A DNA stretch of 64,000 nucleotides from an uncultured Chloroflexia bacterium (GCA_963728205.1 CAVSIV010000006.1:1280001-1344000); one strand, 5' to 3'. Positions 1-10,877 are shown, counted from the first letter of the stretch. The notes: a model not told the origin generated them from the letters alone. Made by a program: numbers and translations.

Positions 1-125
1 TCCTGGCGCAGGAGCGCGTCGAGGACGGCGTCCGAGACCTGGTCGCACAGCTTGTCGGGGTGGCCCTCGGTGACCGACTCGCTGGTCAGCATCATCGACG
101 GCGAGCTCATGAACGAAGTGGTCAT
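1..125 (-). CDS. metK: S-adenosylmethionine synthetase, N-terminus (partial, runs off the window edge)
   Basis: Manual translation [39 protein letters not shown] contains the TSESVxEGHPDK signature; GAGGAG RBS upstream. Not in the ORF track. Confidence 0.95.
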   Translation of the reverse strand, partial: MTTSFMSSPSMMLTSESVTEGHPDKLCDQVSDAVLDALLRQ

Positions 126-311
126 GTGGTGCTCCTCGGCGCGGGCCCGATGTCCGCCGGCCCGGTGCGTCTGCGTGGAAGTATGCCTGCGCTGGGCGGT
201 GGTGTCCTGTCGTGCGAGCGGAAGGGGCGCCCGGGCTGTGGGCGGCATCCCGCGGGGCGTGGCCGGCGGGGGTGCCGCAGGACCGTTGCCGCCGGCGTCC
301 GCCGGCTGTGC

Positions 312-335
312 ATCGGCGGCATGTCTGCCGCCGCT
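312..335. repeat. REP-like palindrome (TCGGCGGC-N6-GCCGCCGCT family)
   Basis: ATCGGCGGCATGTCTGCCGCCGCT; the same unit recurs in at least 5 other intergenic regions of the window. Confidence 0.7.
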
Positions 336-354
336 GGCGACGGGGTGATCGGGC

Positions 355-2568
<2,214 letters not shown>

Positions 2569-3453
2569 TCACGCGGGGCCCCAGTAGCGGCGCAGGAGCA
2601 GGTCGAGCCGGCGCCGCGTCGCGGGTGGGACCTGGTCGGGCGGCGTGACGAGCGCAGTCGCCAGGGCGTCGCCGCAGCCGCACGCACGCGGCCGGTCGGC
2701 CAGCGCGCCGAGCGCAGAGGCCACCACGCGCTGGGCGTGCGCGACGTTCGCCTGCAAGTTCACCACGACCGCATCCGCGCTCACATCCGCCTCGGTCTCG
2801 TGCCAGACATCGTAATCGGTGACCAGGCTCAGCGACGCGTAGCAGAGCTCCGCCTCGCGCGCGAGCTTCGCCTCCGGCAGGGCCGTCATGCCGATCACGG
2901 CGGCGCCCCACGAGCGATAGAGGCGCGACTCCGCGCGTGTCGAGAACGCCGGTCCGTCAATCACGATCATCGTCCCGCCCTCGTGCGTCGTGATGCCGGC
3001 GTGCTCGCTCTCCGTCGCGAGCACGCGTGCCACCTCCGGGCAGAACGGATCGGCGAAGCCGACGTGCGCGACGATGCCGTCGCCGAAGAACGTCGAGCGG
3101 CGGCCGCGCGTGCGGTCAATCACCTGGTCGGGCACGACGGCGTGCTGCGGCGCGACGTCCTCGCTCAGCGAGCCGACGGCGGAGATCGAGAGCACCTGGC
3201 GCACGCCGAGCTGCTTGAGGGCGTGGACGTTCGCGAGCGCGGGGAGCTCGGAGGGCAGCAGGCGGTGGCCGCGGTCGTGGCGCGCGACGAACGCGACGCG
3301 GTGACCGTGCAGCGTCCCGAGCGTGATCGGCGACGAAGGCGAGCCGAACGGCGTCGAGACCTCGAGGGTGCGGACGTCGGTGAGGCCGTCGAGGTTGTAG
3401 AACCCCGACCCGCCGATCACGCCGGTCTCGGCCGTCGGTTCGCCCTGATTCAC
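2569..3453 (-). CDS. mtnP: S-methyl-5'-thioadenosine phosphorylase
   Basis: GVIGGSG, TPFGSPS, ARH, SAVGSL, GPAFSTRAES, IGMTALPEAKLAREAELCY, VTDYDVW. Confidence 0.93.
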   Translation of the reverse strand: MNQGEPTAETGVIGGSGFYNLDGLTDVRTLEVSTPFGSPSSPITLGTLHGHRVAFVARHDRGHRLLPSELPALANVHALKQLGVRQVLSISAVGSLSEDVAPQHAVVPDQVIDRTRGRRSTFFGDGIVAHVGFADPFCPEVARVLATESEHAGITTHEGGTMIVIDGPAFSTRAESRLYRSWGAAVIGMTALPEAKLAREAELCYASLSLVTDYDVWHETEADVSADAVVVNLQANVAHAQRVVASALGALADRPRACGCGDALATALVTPPDQVPPATRRRLDLLLRRYWGPA

Positions 3454-3512
3454 CGCTCTGCTCCTGCTGTGTCGGGGGGCGGGGAAACCGTATCACCGGG
3501 GGCCGGTACGCG

Positions 3513-3716
3513 ACGCGGCGAGCAGGGCGTGTGAGCCCGCTGTTTTCGGGCGGCGGGCGGTGAGGGGTCGCCCGGCACGAAGGGGGGTCGCGAGCGGGCG
3601 CGAGGGAGGCGCGCGAGACGGGGAGCGGGTGGCGGGTGGGGGGCGGGGCGAGGAGGGAACACCTGCGGGTGGGTTGTCGCCGGAAACAGCGGCCTGACGA
3701 CCCCTGCTCGCCGCGT
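3513..3716. repeat. imperfect ~40-bp inverted repeat pair (MITE/REPIN-like) between mtnA and mtnP
   Basis: ACGCGGCGAGCAGGG...CCGCTGTTT at 3513-3553, with its imperfect reverse complement at 3676-3716. Confidence 0.5.
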
Positions 3717-3786
3717 GGGGTGGGCAGCCGTCTTCGCGTGCGGCGGCGCGCGTGGTTCCCCCCGTCTTTTTCCCCGCCGCCGCTCT

Positions 3787-4833
3787 TTAATCCGGGCCGA
3801 GCACGTCGGCGAGCGCGCGGTCGTATGGCGCCCGCAGCACGCCGGCTTCCGTGACGATCGCGGTGATGAGGGCGGCGGGGGTGACGTCGAAGGCGGGGTT
3901 GCGGGCGCGCGCGCCCGAAGGCGCGACGCGCGTGCCGGCGAGGCCCAGCACTTCGTCCTCCGCACGTTCCTCGATCGGGATCGCGGCGCCGGTGGGGGCG
4001 CGGAGGTCCACGGTGCCGAGGGGAGCGACGACGTAGAACGGGATCGCGTGATGACGTGCGGCGATGGCGAGGCCGTAGGTGCCGATCTTGTTCGCGGTAT
4101 CGCCGTTCGCGGCGATGCGGTCGGCGCCGACGAGGACCGCATCGACCTCGCCGGCGGCCATCAGCGCCGCGGCCGCGCCGTCGGCGATCACCGCGCAGTC
4201 GACGCCGTGCTGCGCGAGCTCCCACGCGGTGAGGCGGGCGCCCTGGAGGCGCGGGCGGGTCTCGTCGACGAGCACCGAGGCGACGCGACCCGCGCGATGC
4301 GCGGCGATCACGACACCGAGCGCGCTCCCGTAGCCGCCGGTCGCGAGCGGTCCCGTGTTGCAGTGCGTGAGGACGCGGCTGCCGGGCGCGATCAGCGCCG
4401 CGCCGGCGTCGGCCGAGCGGCGGTCGACGTCGAAGGCGTGCGCGTGGACGCGCCGTGCCTCGGCCAGGGCGGCGTCGCGCGCGGCCTCGTCGTCGGACGC
4501 GTCGACGCAGGCGGTGGCGACGTGTTCGAGCGCCCAGCGCAGGTTGACGGCGGTCGGGCGGGTCGCGAGCAGGCGCGCAGCGGTGGTCGCGACGGCGGAG
4601 CGCACGCCGCCGCGCGGTGCGGCGCGTGCGGCGAGCGCGAGTCCGTACGCGCCGGCGATGCCGATCGCCGGCGCGCCGCGGATGCGCATCGTCGCGATCG
4701 CCTCGGCCATCGCCTCCGGCGTTGCGATGTCGATCGTGCGCTGCTCCGCGGGGAGGAGGGTCTGGTCGAGGAGGCGGACGCGACCGTCCGCCCAGGCGAT
4801 GACCTCGTACGGAGGACGGTCCGGGGTTGTCAT
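3787..4833 (-). CDS. mtnA: S-methyl-5-thioribose-1-phosphate isomerase
   Basis: LLDQTLLP, IRGAPAIG, RPTAVNL, LTHCNTG, DETRPRLQGARLTAWEL, GADRIAANGDTANKIGTY, NPAFDVTP. Confidence 0.95.
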   Translation of the reverse strand: MTTPDRPPYEVIAWADGRVRLLDQTLLPAEQRTIDIATPEAMAEAIATMRIRGAPAIGIAGAYGLALAARAAPRGGVRSAVATTAARLLATRPTAVNLRWALEHVATACVDASDDEAARDAALAEARRVHAHAFDVDRRSADAGAALIAPGSRVLTHCNTGPLATGGYGSALGVVIAAHRAGRVASVLVDETRPRLQGARLTAWELAQHGVDCAVIADGAAAALMAAGEVDAVLVGADRIAANGDTANKIGTYGLAIAARHHAIPFYVVAPLGTVDLRAPTGAAIPIEERAEDEVLGLAGTRVAPSGARARNPAFDVTPAALITAIVTEAGVLRAPYDRALADVLGPD

Positions 4834-4942
4834 GCCGCCATGGTGGCACGAGCCGGCGTTCTCCGGGCGAGCGGAGGATGCGCTGCTCCTTCGGGCGAGT
4901 GGGGAGCTGCCGTGAGCAGCGGGCGTCACGCCCGCGGCGCGC

Positions 4943-5467
4943 CTAGTACTGCAGCAGCGCGGTGACGGGGTGCGGCGCGAGGCGCACGCGTCCGCCGAGG
5001 TCGGCCAGCTCGATGACGAAGGCGAAGCCGGCGACGGTGCCGCCGAGCTCCTCGACGAGGCGGGCGGCGGCCTGCGCCGTGCCGCCGGTGGCGAGCAGGT
5101 CGTCGACGACGAGCACGCGCTGGTCCGCGACCGACGGATCCCGGTGCAGCTCGAGCGAGCCCTGCCCGTACTCGAGCTCGTAGAAGACCGACGCGCGCAG
5201 CCCCGGCAGCTTGCCCGGCTTGCGGACGGGCACGAACGGCACGCGGAGCCGCTCAGCGACGGGCACGCCGAAGATGAAGCCGCGTGCCTCGACGCCGGCG
5301 ACCACCGTCGCGCCGAGCGCGCGGCCGGCGTCGGCGAGCGCGTCGTTCGTGGCGCGCAGCGCGTCGGGGTCGTGGAGCAGCGGGGTGATGTCGCGAAAGA
5401 GGATGCCCGGCGACGGGAAGTCGGGGATCGCGCGAACCAGCGTGCGCAGGCGGGCTTCGTCGAGCAC
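4943..5467 (-). CDS. apt: adenine phosphoribosyltransferase
   Basis: IPDFPSPGILFRDITPLL, EARGF, RKPGKLP, YELEYG, VVDDLLATGGT; GTG start inferred. Confidence 0.95.
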   Translation of the reverse strand: MLDEARLRTLVRAIPDFPSPGILFRDITPLLHDPDALRATNDALADAGRALGATVVAGVEARGFIFGVPVAERLRVPFVPVRKPGKLPGLRASVFYELEYGQGSLELHRDPSVADQRVLVVDDLLATGGTAQAAARLVEELGGTVAGFAFVIELADLGGRVRLAPHPVTALLQY

Positions 5468-5585
5468 GCGCGGATGCTCGCGAGCGGCGGGCAGTGCGTC
5501 AAGCGCGCCCCTGCGCGCGGCGATGAAGGGTGGCGCGGAGTCGCGCGCAGGGAGCGCAACGGGGGGCGGTGCTAGCATCGCGAGC

Positions 5586-6380
5586 GTGAACCGATCGTCC
5601 GACGCGCCCTCCGATCCGTTCGCCGCGGTGGCCGGGTTCTATGACCTCGATCTCGACGGCTTCGATGCCGACGTCGCGCTCTACGAGCGCCTGTCCGACG
5701 CCGGCTGGCGGAGCGTGCTCGAGCTCGGGTGCGGGACCGGCCGCGTCGCGGCCGCGCTCGGGCGCGCGGGGCTCGCGGTCACCGGCGTCGACGTGAGCGC
5801 CGCGATGCTCAACGCCGCGCGCGAGCGCGTCGGCGGGCTGCCGGTGCGGCTCGTGGCCGGTGACATGCGAACGCTCGCGCTCGGCGAGCGCTTCGACGCC
5901 GTGATCGTGCCGCTCGGCGGGCTGCAGCACCTGGAGAGCGTCGACGACCTGGTCGCGACGCTGGGGGTGGTAGCGGGGCACCTCGCGCCGGAAGGGCTCG
6001 CCGTGATCGACGTCGAGGCGCCGAACGCCGACGACTTCACGCCGGGGACGCAGGCGCTCGTCGAGCACTGGACGCGCCGGCGCGACGACGGTGCGCAGGT
6101 GACGAAGCTCGTCACCGTCGACGCGCGCCCGGCGGAGGGCATGCGCGACGTGACGTGGCACTTCGACGTGCAGCCGCCGGAGGGCGCGCTGCGCCGCGTG
6201 ACGGAGCGGTTCGCGTTGCGCACCTACACCGCCGCCGAGATCGATCTCGCCGCGCGGCTCGCCGGGCTCGCGATGACGGGCGCGTTCGGCGGCTACGACC
6301 TCGAGCCGTACGACGACGCGTCGGAGCGGCTGATCGTGACGCTGGAGCACGCTGAAGACGGCGCGGAGGACGGCGCGTGA
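5586..6380 (+). CDS. class I SAM-dependent methyltransferase
   Basis: VLELGCGTGRV, GVDVSAAML, GDMRTL; start trimmed to GTG 5586. Confidence 0.88.
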   Translation: MNRSSDAPSDPFAAVAGFYDLDLDGFDADVALYERLSDAGWRSVLELGCGTGRVAAALGRAGLAVTGVDVSAAMLNAARERVGGLPVRLVAGDMRTLALGERFDAVIVPLGGLQHLESVDDLVATLGVVAGHLAPEGLAVIDVEAPNADDFTPGTQALVEHWTRRRDDGAQVTKLVTVDARPAEGMRDVTWHFDVQPPEGALRRVTERFALRTYTAAEIDLAARLAGLAMTGAFGGYDLEPYDDASERLIVTLEHAEDGAEDGA

Positions 6381-7432
6381 CGGTCGTCGCGCTCGACGGC
6401 ATGGGCGGCGACTTCGCGCCGCAGGCGACGGTGGCGGGCGCGCTGCTCGCCGTCGCGGACGGCATCGGCGTGGCGATCGTCGGCGACGAGGCGACGCTGC
6501 GCGCGGAGATCGCGCGGCACGGCGGCGCGCCCGACGCGCTGCGCGTCGTGCACGCGCCGGAGGCGATCGCGATGGAGGCGCACGCCGTCGCCGAGGCGCG
6601 GCGGCGGCGCGGGTCGTCGCTGTCGGTCGGCGTCGAGCTCGTGAAGAGCGGCGGGGCCGGCGCGTTCGTCTCGATGGGCAACACCGGCGCGGCGATGGCG
6701 ACGGCGCTGATGACGCTCGGCCGCATCCGCGGCGTGGAGCGGCCGGCGCTGTGCGCGATCCTGCCGACGCCCGGCGGACCGACGCTGCTGCTCGACGCCG
6801 GGGCCAACGCCGAGGCGCGGCCGTCGCACCTCGTGCAGTTCGCGCACCTCGGGAGTTCGTACATGCGCACGCTGCACGGCATGGACGCGCCACGGGTGGG
6901 GCTGCTGTCGATCGGCGAGGAGGCGAGCAAGGGCTCCGCGCTCGTCGTGGAGGCGCACGCGCTGCTGGCGGCGGACGCGCGGCTGCGGTTCGCGGGGAAC
7001 GTCGAGGGGCGCGACGTGACGGCCGGGACGGTCGACATCGTCGTGACCGACGGGTTCACCGGCAACGTCGTGCTGAAGCTGCTCGAGGGCACGATCGGCA
7101 TGATGTTCGAGCAGCTGCGCGCGGCGGCGCGGTCGTCGGTGCGGTCGCGGCTCGGCGGCGCGCTGCTGCTGCCGGCGCTGGGGGCGCTGCGGTCGCAGTT
7201 CGACTACCGGCGGTATGGGGGCGTGCCGCTGCTGGGGGTGAACGGGGCGGTGTTCATCGGGCACGGCCGCAGCGACGCCGAGGCGGTGGCGAACGGGATC
7301 CGCACGGCGGCGCGGGCGGTCGACGGCGGGATGATGGCGGCGATGACGGCCGCGATCGGCGAGCTCGGTGCGCGGGGCGGCGGCTACGCCGGCGAGGGCG
7401 CATCCGGGTCGGCGTCGGGCAGCGGGGAGTAG
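6377..7432 (+). CDS. plsX: phosphate acyltransferase PlsX
   Basis: VALDGMGGDFAP, SMGNTGA, LLDAGANAE, GEEASKG, GNVEGRD, DGFTGNVVLK, GGVPLLGVNG, HGRSD. Confidence 0.95.
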   Translation: MTVVALDGMGGDFAPQATVAGALLAVADGIGVAIVGDEATLRAEIARHGGAPDALRVVHAPEAIAMEAHAVAEARRRRGSSLSVGVELVKSGGAGAFVSMGNTGAAMATALMTLGRIRGVERPALCAILPTPGGPTLLLDAGANAEARPSHLVQFAHLGSSYMRTLHGMDAPRVGLLSIGEEASKGSALVVEAHALLAADARLRFAGNVEGRDVTAGTVDIVVTDGFTGNVVLKLLEGTIGMMFEQLRAAARSSVRSRLGGALLLPALGALRSQFDYRRYGGVPLLGVNGAVFIGHGRSDAEAVANGIRTAARAVDGGMMAAMTAAIGELGARGGGYAGEGASGSASGSGE

Positions 7433-7746
7433 GCGCCGACCTCGTCGGGGGCCGCGCCCATGCCGCCGGCGGAGGGCGCGAAGCGCCACCACAGCCGCAT
7501 GGCGTCGCGCAGGGCGTCGACCTCGCGCTGCGGGGTGGCGTTGCCGAGGCACGACCCGAGGTGGCTGTCGAGCACGAGGGCGCCGACCGTGTCGAGGCTC
7601 GAGCGCACGGCCATGAGCTGCGTGACGATGTCCTCGCAGGTGCGACCGGAGTCCAGCATCTTGGCGATGCCGCGGACCTGGCCCTCGATGCGGCGCAGGC
7701 GGGCGCGGAGCTGCTCGTTGGTGACGGGCTGATCGACGTAGCTCAT
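7384..7746 (-). CDS. CsoR/RcnR-family metal/thiol-sensitive transcriptional repressor
   Basis: RLRRIEGQVRGIAKM...CEDIVTQLMAVRSSL...HLGSC (C-H-C fingerprint). Confidence 0.9.
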   Translation of the reverse strand: MSYVDQPVTNEQLRARLRRIEGQVRGIAKMLDSGRTCEDIVTQLMAVRSSLDTVGALVLDSHLGSCLGNATPQREVDALRDAMRLWWRFAPSAGGMGAAPDEVGAYSPLPDADPDAPSPA

Positions 7747-7789
7747 GGGTGGGCTCCCGGGCTGGTGTTCTGCGGCGGGGCTGCGAGGG

Positions 7790-7818
7790 TTGACATACCC
7801 CACCGGGGTATCTATGAT
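7790..7818 (+). promoter_or_regulatory. sigma70-type promoter for trxA with a CsoR-type operator in the spacer
   Basis: TTGACA(7790-7795)-17 bp-TATGAT(7813-7818); palindrome ATACCCC-ACC-GGGGTAT at 7795-7811 has the C/G-tract form typical of CsoR/RcnR operators. Confidence 0.85.
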
Positions 7819-7843
7819 GCAACCAGTGGAGCCGCGGTGTCAA
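7814..7843 (-). promoter_or_regulatory. opposite-strand sigma70-type promoter for the CsoR-family gene
   Basis: Minus strand TTGACA-18 bp-CATCAT; its -10 overlaps the trxA -10 and the operator lies just downstream. Confidence 0.6.
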
Positions 7844-7982
7844 CCTGCGAAGCGGGTGGCAACGAAGTCTGCCCACTGACACACCAGGCCGAGCCGCGGG
7901 CGTTTTCCCGGAGCCGGCAGACCGCCGCCGCCGGCGCGTGCCGCGCGCGAGGCGGCGAGTTCCACCAGAGAGGACGCAGCCC

Positions 7983-8315
7983 ATGGCACACCCGACCGAC
8001 ACCAGCGACAGCACCTTCGAGACCGACGTCCTGAAGAACGACCAGCCCGTGCTCGTCGACTTCTGGGCGCCGTGGTGCGGCCCCTGCCGCATGGTCGCCC
8101 CGGTGGTCGAGGAGCTCTCGAGCGACTACGACGGCCGCGTGAAGTTCGTGAAGCTGAACACGGACGAGAACCCGCAGGTCGCGGGCAAGTACGGCATCCG
8201 GTCGATCCCGACGCTCCTGATCTTCAAGGGCGGCGAGCCGGTCGGCCAGGTCGTGGGCTTCCGCCCGAAGAGCGACCTGTCGAAGCGCCTGGACGAGGTG
8301 CTGACGAAGGCGTAA
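7983..8315 (+). CDS. trxA: thioredoxin
   Basis: [27 protein letters not shown]; GAGAGGA RBS. Confidence 0.97.
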   Translation: MAHPTDTSDSTFETDVLKNDQPVLVDFWAPWCGPCRMVAPVVEELSSDYDGRVKFVKLNTDENPQVAGKYGIRSIPTLLIFKGGEPVGQVVGFRPKSDLSKRLDEVLTKA

Positions 8316-8389
8316 TCCCGTGCTTGCCGCTCGCGCCGCGCGCTCGCTGGAGCGCGTGGGTGGCGCGAGGCGAGGCGCGCGGACTGAGA

Positions 8390-8425
8390 AAGAAGAAGGG
8401 CGGCCATGCGGCCGCCCTTCTTCTT
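8390..8425. terminator. bidirectional intrinsic terminator between trxA and the FTR gene
   Basis: AAGAAGAAGGGCGGCC-ATGC-GGCCGCCCTTCTTCTT, a perfect 16-bp stem between convergent genes. Confidence 0.8.
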
Positions 8426-8501
8426 GGCGCGCGGCAGGCGTCTGAGCCTGCCGTGCGTGGTCCGCGCACGCGACACGGCGGGCCTGGAGCCCGCCGCGCG
8501 C

Positions 8502-8963
8502 CTATTCGTCGGCGCGCGCGCCCTTGTTGATGGTGCGGCCCTGCTTCTCCTCGAGCCGGCCCAGGGCGCGGCCTTTGTCCGGGTGCGGGTCCTTGCGGAG
8601 GCCGTACGCCTCGCGGCCCTCGTGGTCCTCTGGCAGGTACTCGGTGACGGGAAGACCTTCCTCGTCGCAGAAGAGCAGTCAGTGGCAGAACTTCCACTTC
8701 TGCATCTCTTCGCAGGGGCAGATCCACTGCTTCTTGCGGATCTCCTCCTGCTTGTCCTCGAAGAACATGCACGGGCAGAGCGGCTTGCCGACCTCGTCGA
8801 TGTTCTTCGCGAGCCCGATCACCAGGAACTCGGTGATCTCGCGCTGCGGGTGCAGGTAGGAGCCGCTCTTCTCGGCGAAGTTCTCGACGAACTTCCACAT
8901 CCGCTGGATGTTCTTTTCGGAAGCCTGGGCCCGGTCGGCATCGGATGGCTGATCGATGGTCAC
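8502..8963 (-). CDS. ftrC: ferredoxin:thioredoxin reductase catalytic subunit, probable selenoprotein (UGA=Sec at 8679-8681), 153 aa
   Basis: GLAKNIDEVGKPLCPC...WICPCEEMQKWKFCH[TGA]LLFCDEEGLPVTEYLPEDHEGREAYG...; the TGA sits exactly at the second Cys of the FTR CHC motif; the frame stays open for 58 more codons to TAG; GGAGG RBS before the GTG start. Confidence 0.88.
8646..8666 (-). promoter_or_regulatory. bacterial SECIS-like hairpin
   Basis: 12 nt after the UGA: GACG(A)GGAA-GGUC-UUCCCGUC; the apical AGGUCU resembles the E. coli fdhF SECIS loop. Confidence 0.75.
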
Positions 8964-9048
8964 GCCGCGCCTCCAATCCGCAGAGAGTCTCTGTGGGGCG
9001 GGCGAGGGAGCGCAAGTGCGCGGGGGACCCGGCTGCCGCCGCAGGTCT

Positions 9049-9072
9049 GTCGGCGGCATGCCTGCCGCCGCT
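9049..9072. repeat. REP-like palindrome
   Basis: GTCGGCGGCATGCCTGCCGCCGCT. Confidence 0.7.
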
Positions 9073-9100
9073 GTGGGTCGGCCGCACGATCCTGGGCGCG

Positions 9101-10231
9101 TTACCCGTGTAGCGCGGAGACGGCCGGGCGCGGCGGCTCGGGCGCGACGCCGTTGAGGACGTCGACGGCGCGAAACAGGTCGCCGACATCGTAGAAGTTC
9201 ACGGCGATGATGTTCGGTCGCGTGGCGTGCTCGTCCTCGCACTGGTGGGCGCGTGCGAGCAGGACGTCGAGCTGGTTGACCTGCGCCGCGTCGGCGCGGT
9301 CGGGCCGCCGCTTCGCGATCCAGTGGTTGAGGAGCAGCAGCGCGCTCGACGGCGCACCACGATTGACCGCGCAGGTGAAATCGGCGGTGCCGTGGAAGTC
9401 GTACGGCGTGTCCCACGCCTCGCTGTAGAGGTGGGTGTACCAGTCCGGCGGCGGCCCGGCGTGCTCGGCGCCGACGATGACGCGGCGGTGCCGCGCGATC
9501 AGCTCGCGCAGCGTCGGCCAGGGAGTGTTGGGCCGGTGGGCGTAGACGTCGTCGATGAGCCCGCTGGCGCGGAAGGCAGACTCGGTGTCGGCGGGGCTGA
9601 CGGCGTCCTGGAGGTCGAGGATGAGGACCTCGTCGTGATGGGTGGCGAGGAAGGCGCGGATGTCGCGGAGGGTGTCGACGAACGGCGTCGCGCCGAGCGT
9701 GCAGACGACGTGGCAGAGATACACGCCGGCGGGCGGGGCGGCGAGCGCCTGGCGGTCCGCGATGGCGGAGCGGTCGGCCGGCGCGAGCGATGCGGCGAAC
9801 CGTACGTAGTCGTCGGGGCGCTCCCAGTAGTGCGTGTCGAGGAGCAGCGCGCGCACGCCGTCCTGGAGCTGACGCGGCACCGCGTAGTCCTGGTTGGGCC
9901 AGGTGAAGCCGAGCGCGGCGGCGGCCATCGCGTTGTGCGTGCCGGCGAAGACGACCTGGTCGACGCGGCGGTCACAGAGCTCGGCGAAGCCGTTGCAGCG
10001 AAGCGGTGGCGGGCCGTCGGCGATCGTGAGCGCGCGGGACGCGGCACGCGGATTGGGACGCGCGGCCGCGGCCGAGGGCGCGCAGGTGCGAGCGGCGGCC
10101 GGGCGGCAGCCGGAGCGCGTGCCGGTGACGGGCGTGGCAGCGGAGGCCAGAGCGCCGACGGCCGCGAGTAGTGCGACGACGACGGCGCGGCGCGGGGTGC
10201 GGGAGAGACGCCGGCCCAGCGCCTCGAACAT
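9101..10231 (-). CDS. secreted PI-PLC X-domain-like phosphodiesterase
   Basis: Signal-like N-terminus; CNGFAELCDRRVDQVVFAGTHNAM, NQDYAVPRQLQDGVRALLLDTH, YLCH, PNIIAVNFYDVG. Confidence 0.75.
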   Translation of the reverse strand: MFEALGRRLSRTPRRAVVVALLAAVGALASAATPVTGTRSGCRPAAARTCAPSAAAARPNPRAASRALTIADGPPPLRCNGFAELCDRRVDQVVFAGTHNAMAAAALGFTWPNQDYAVPRQLQDGVRALLLDTHYWERPDDYVRFAASLAPADRSAIADRQALAAPPAGVYLCHVVCTLGATPFVDTLRDIRAFLATHHDEVLILDLQDAVSPADTESAFRASGLIDDVYAHRPNTPWPTLRELIARHRRVIVGAEHAGPPPDWYTHLYSEAWDTPYDFHGTADFTCAVNRGAPSSALLLLNHWIAKRRPDRADAAQVNQLDVLLARAHQCEDEHATRPNIIAVNFYDVGDLFRAVDVLNGVAPEPPRPAVSALHG

Positions 10232-10417
10232 CTGTGACTCGCCCCCGGTGCGAGGATGATCGTGATCGACGGTTGGCGGCGCGCATCGTAGCCGCTTGCC
10301 GCCCGGCGGGTGAGCGGCGGTTCGGCGGAGCGACGCGGAGCGGATCGACGAGCGCGGGCGGGGCGAATGGCGGGCGGCCGGCCGGCGGGCGATGGCCCGC
10401 GCGACCGGCCGGTGTGT

Positions 10418-10579
10418 CTAGCGCGAGTCGCCGTCGTGGTCGACGTCGCCGCGCGCCTGCGCGCTGAGCGTGATTCGGTCCTGGGCCGGCGGACGCGCGG
10501 CCGGACCGGCGGCCTGCGGCTGGGGAGCGGCCTGGGCACCGTAGGTGCGTGCTGCGCTCGAGATGGCTCCGACGTTCAA
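10418..10579 (-). CDS. small hypothetical protein, 53 aa
   Basis: AGGAG RBS plus TTG start; MNVGAISSAARTYG...QDRITLSAQARGDVDHDGDSR. Confidence 0.55.
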   Translation of the reverse strand: MNVGAISSAARTYGAQAAPQPQAAGPAARPPAQDRITLSAQARGDVDHDGDSR

Positions 10580-10877
10580 GGTGGATCTCCTGTCGCCCGT
10601 GGGGAACGGCCGGGCGACGCCGTGCGGCGAGGCCCTCACTGCGGTGATCCTCGACGGCTCCCGGCGGGACGGCAGGGCACGGGGCTGCGTCTTCGCGCAG
10701 GGTTGTCGTGCGCGGCAGCGCGGCGGGTGTGGCCGGCTGGCTGGCGACCATGCGCCGTTCCGCGATCGTGGCCGCCGACTGCGGCGAGACGGCCACTCCA
10801 GGGCTCGCCGCCGCTCGCCGCCGTCACGGCGGCCGTTGAGGGGCGCCCTCGCCACGCTTGCCCCGGTCGTTCGCCGG

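Noticed and set aside
126-354. SAM or SAH riboswitch upstream of metK
   Set aside because: No recognisable SAM-I (ATC-AGAG core) or SAH consensus by eye; the region holds a REP copy. An Rfam scan would settle it.
7836-7886. Structured RNA leader upstream of trxA (GTGTCA...TGACAC)
   Set aside because: The 5' arm is explained by the opposite-strand -35 box, and pairing potential is unremarkable at this GC content.
8679-9416. ORF-track 245-aa protein ending in FCH
   Set aside because: The N-terminal extension overlaps a REP and the PI-PLC gene; the real start is GTG 8963 and the TGA is probably Sec.
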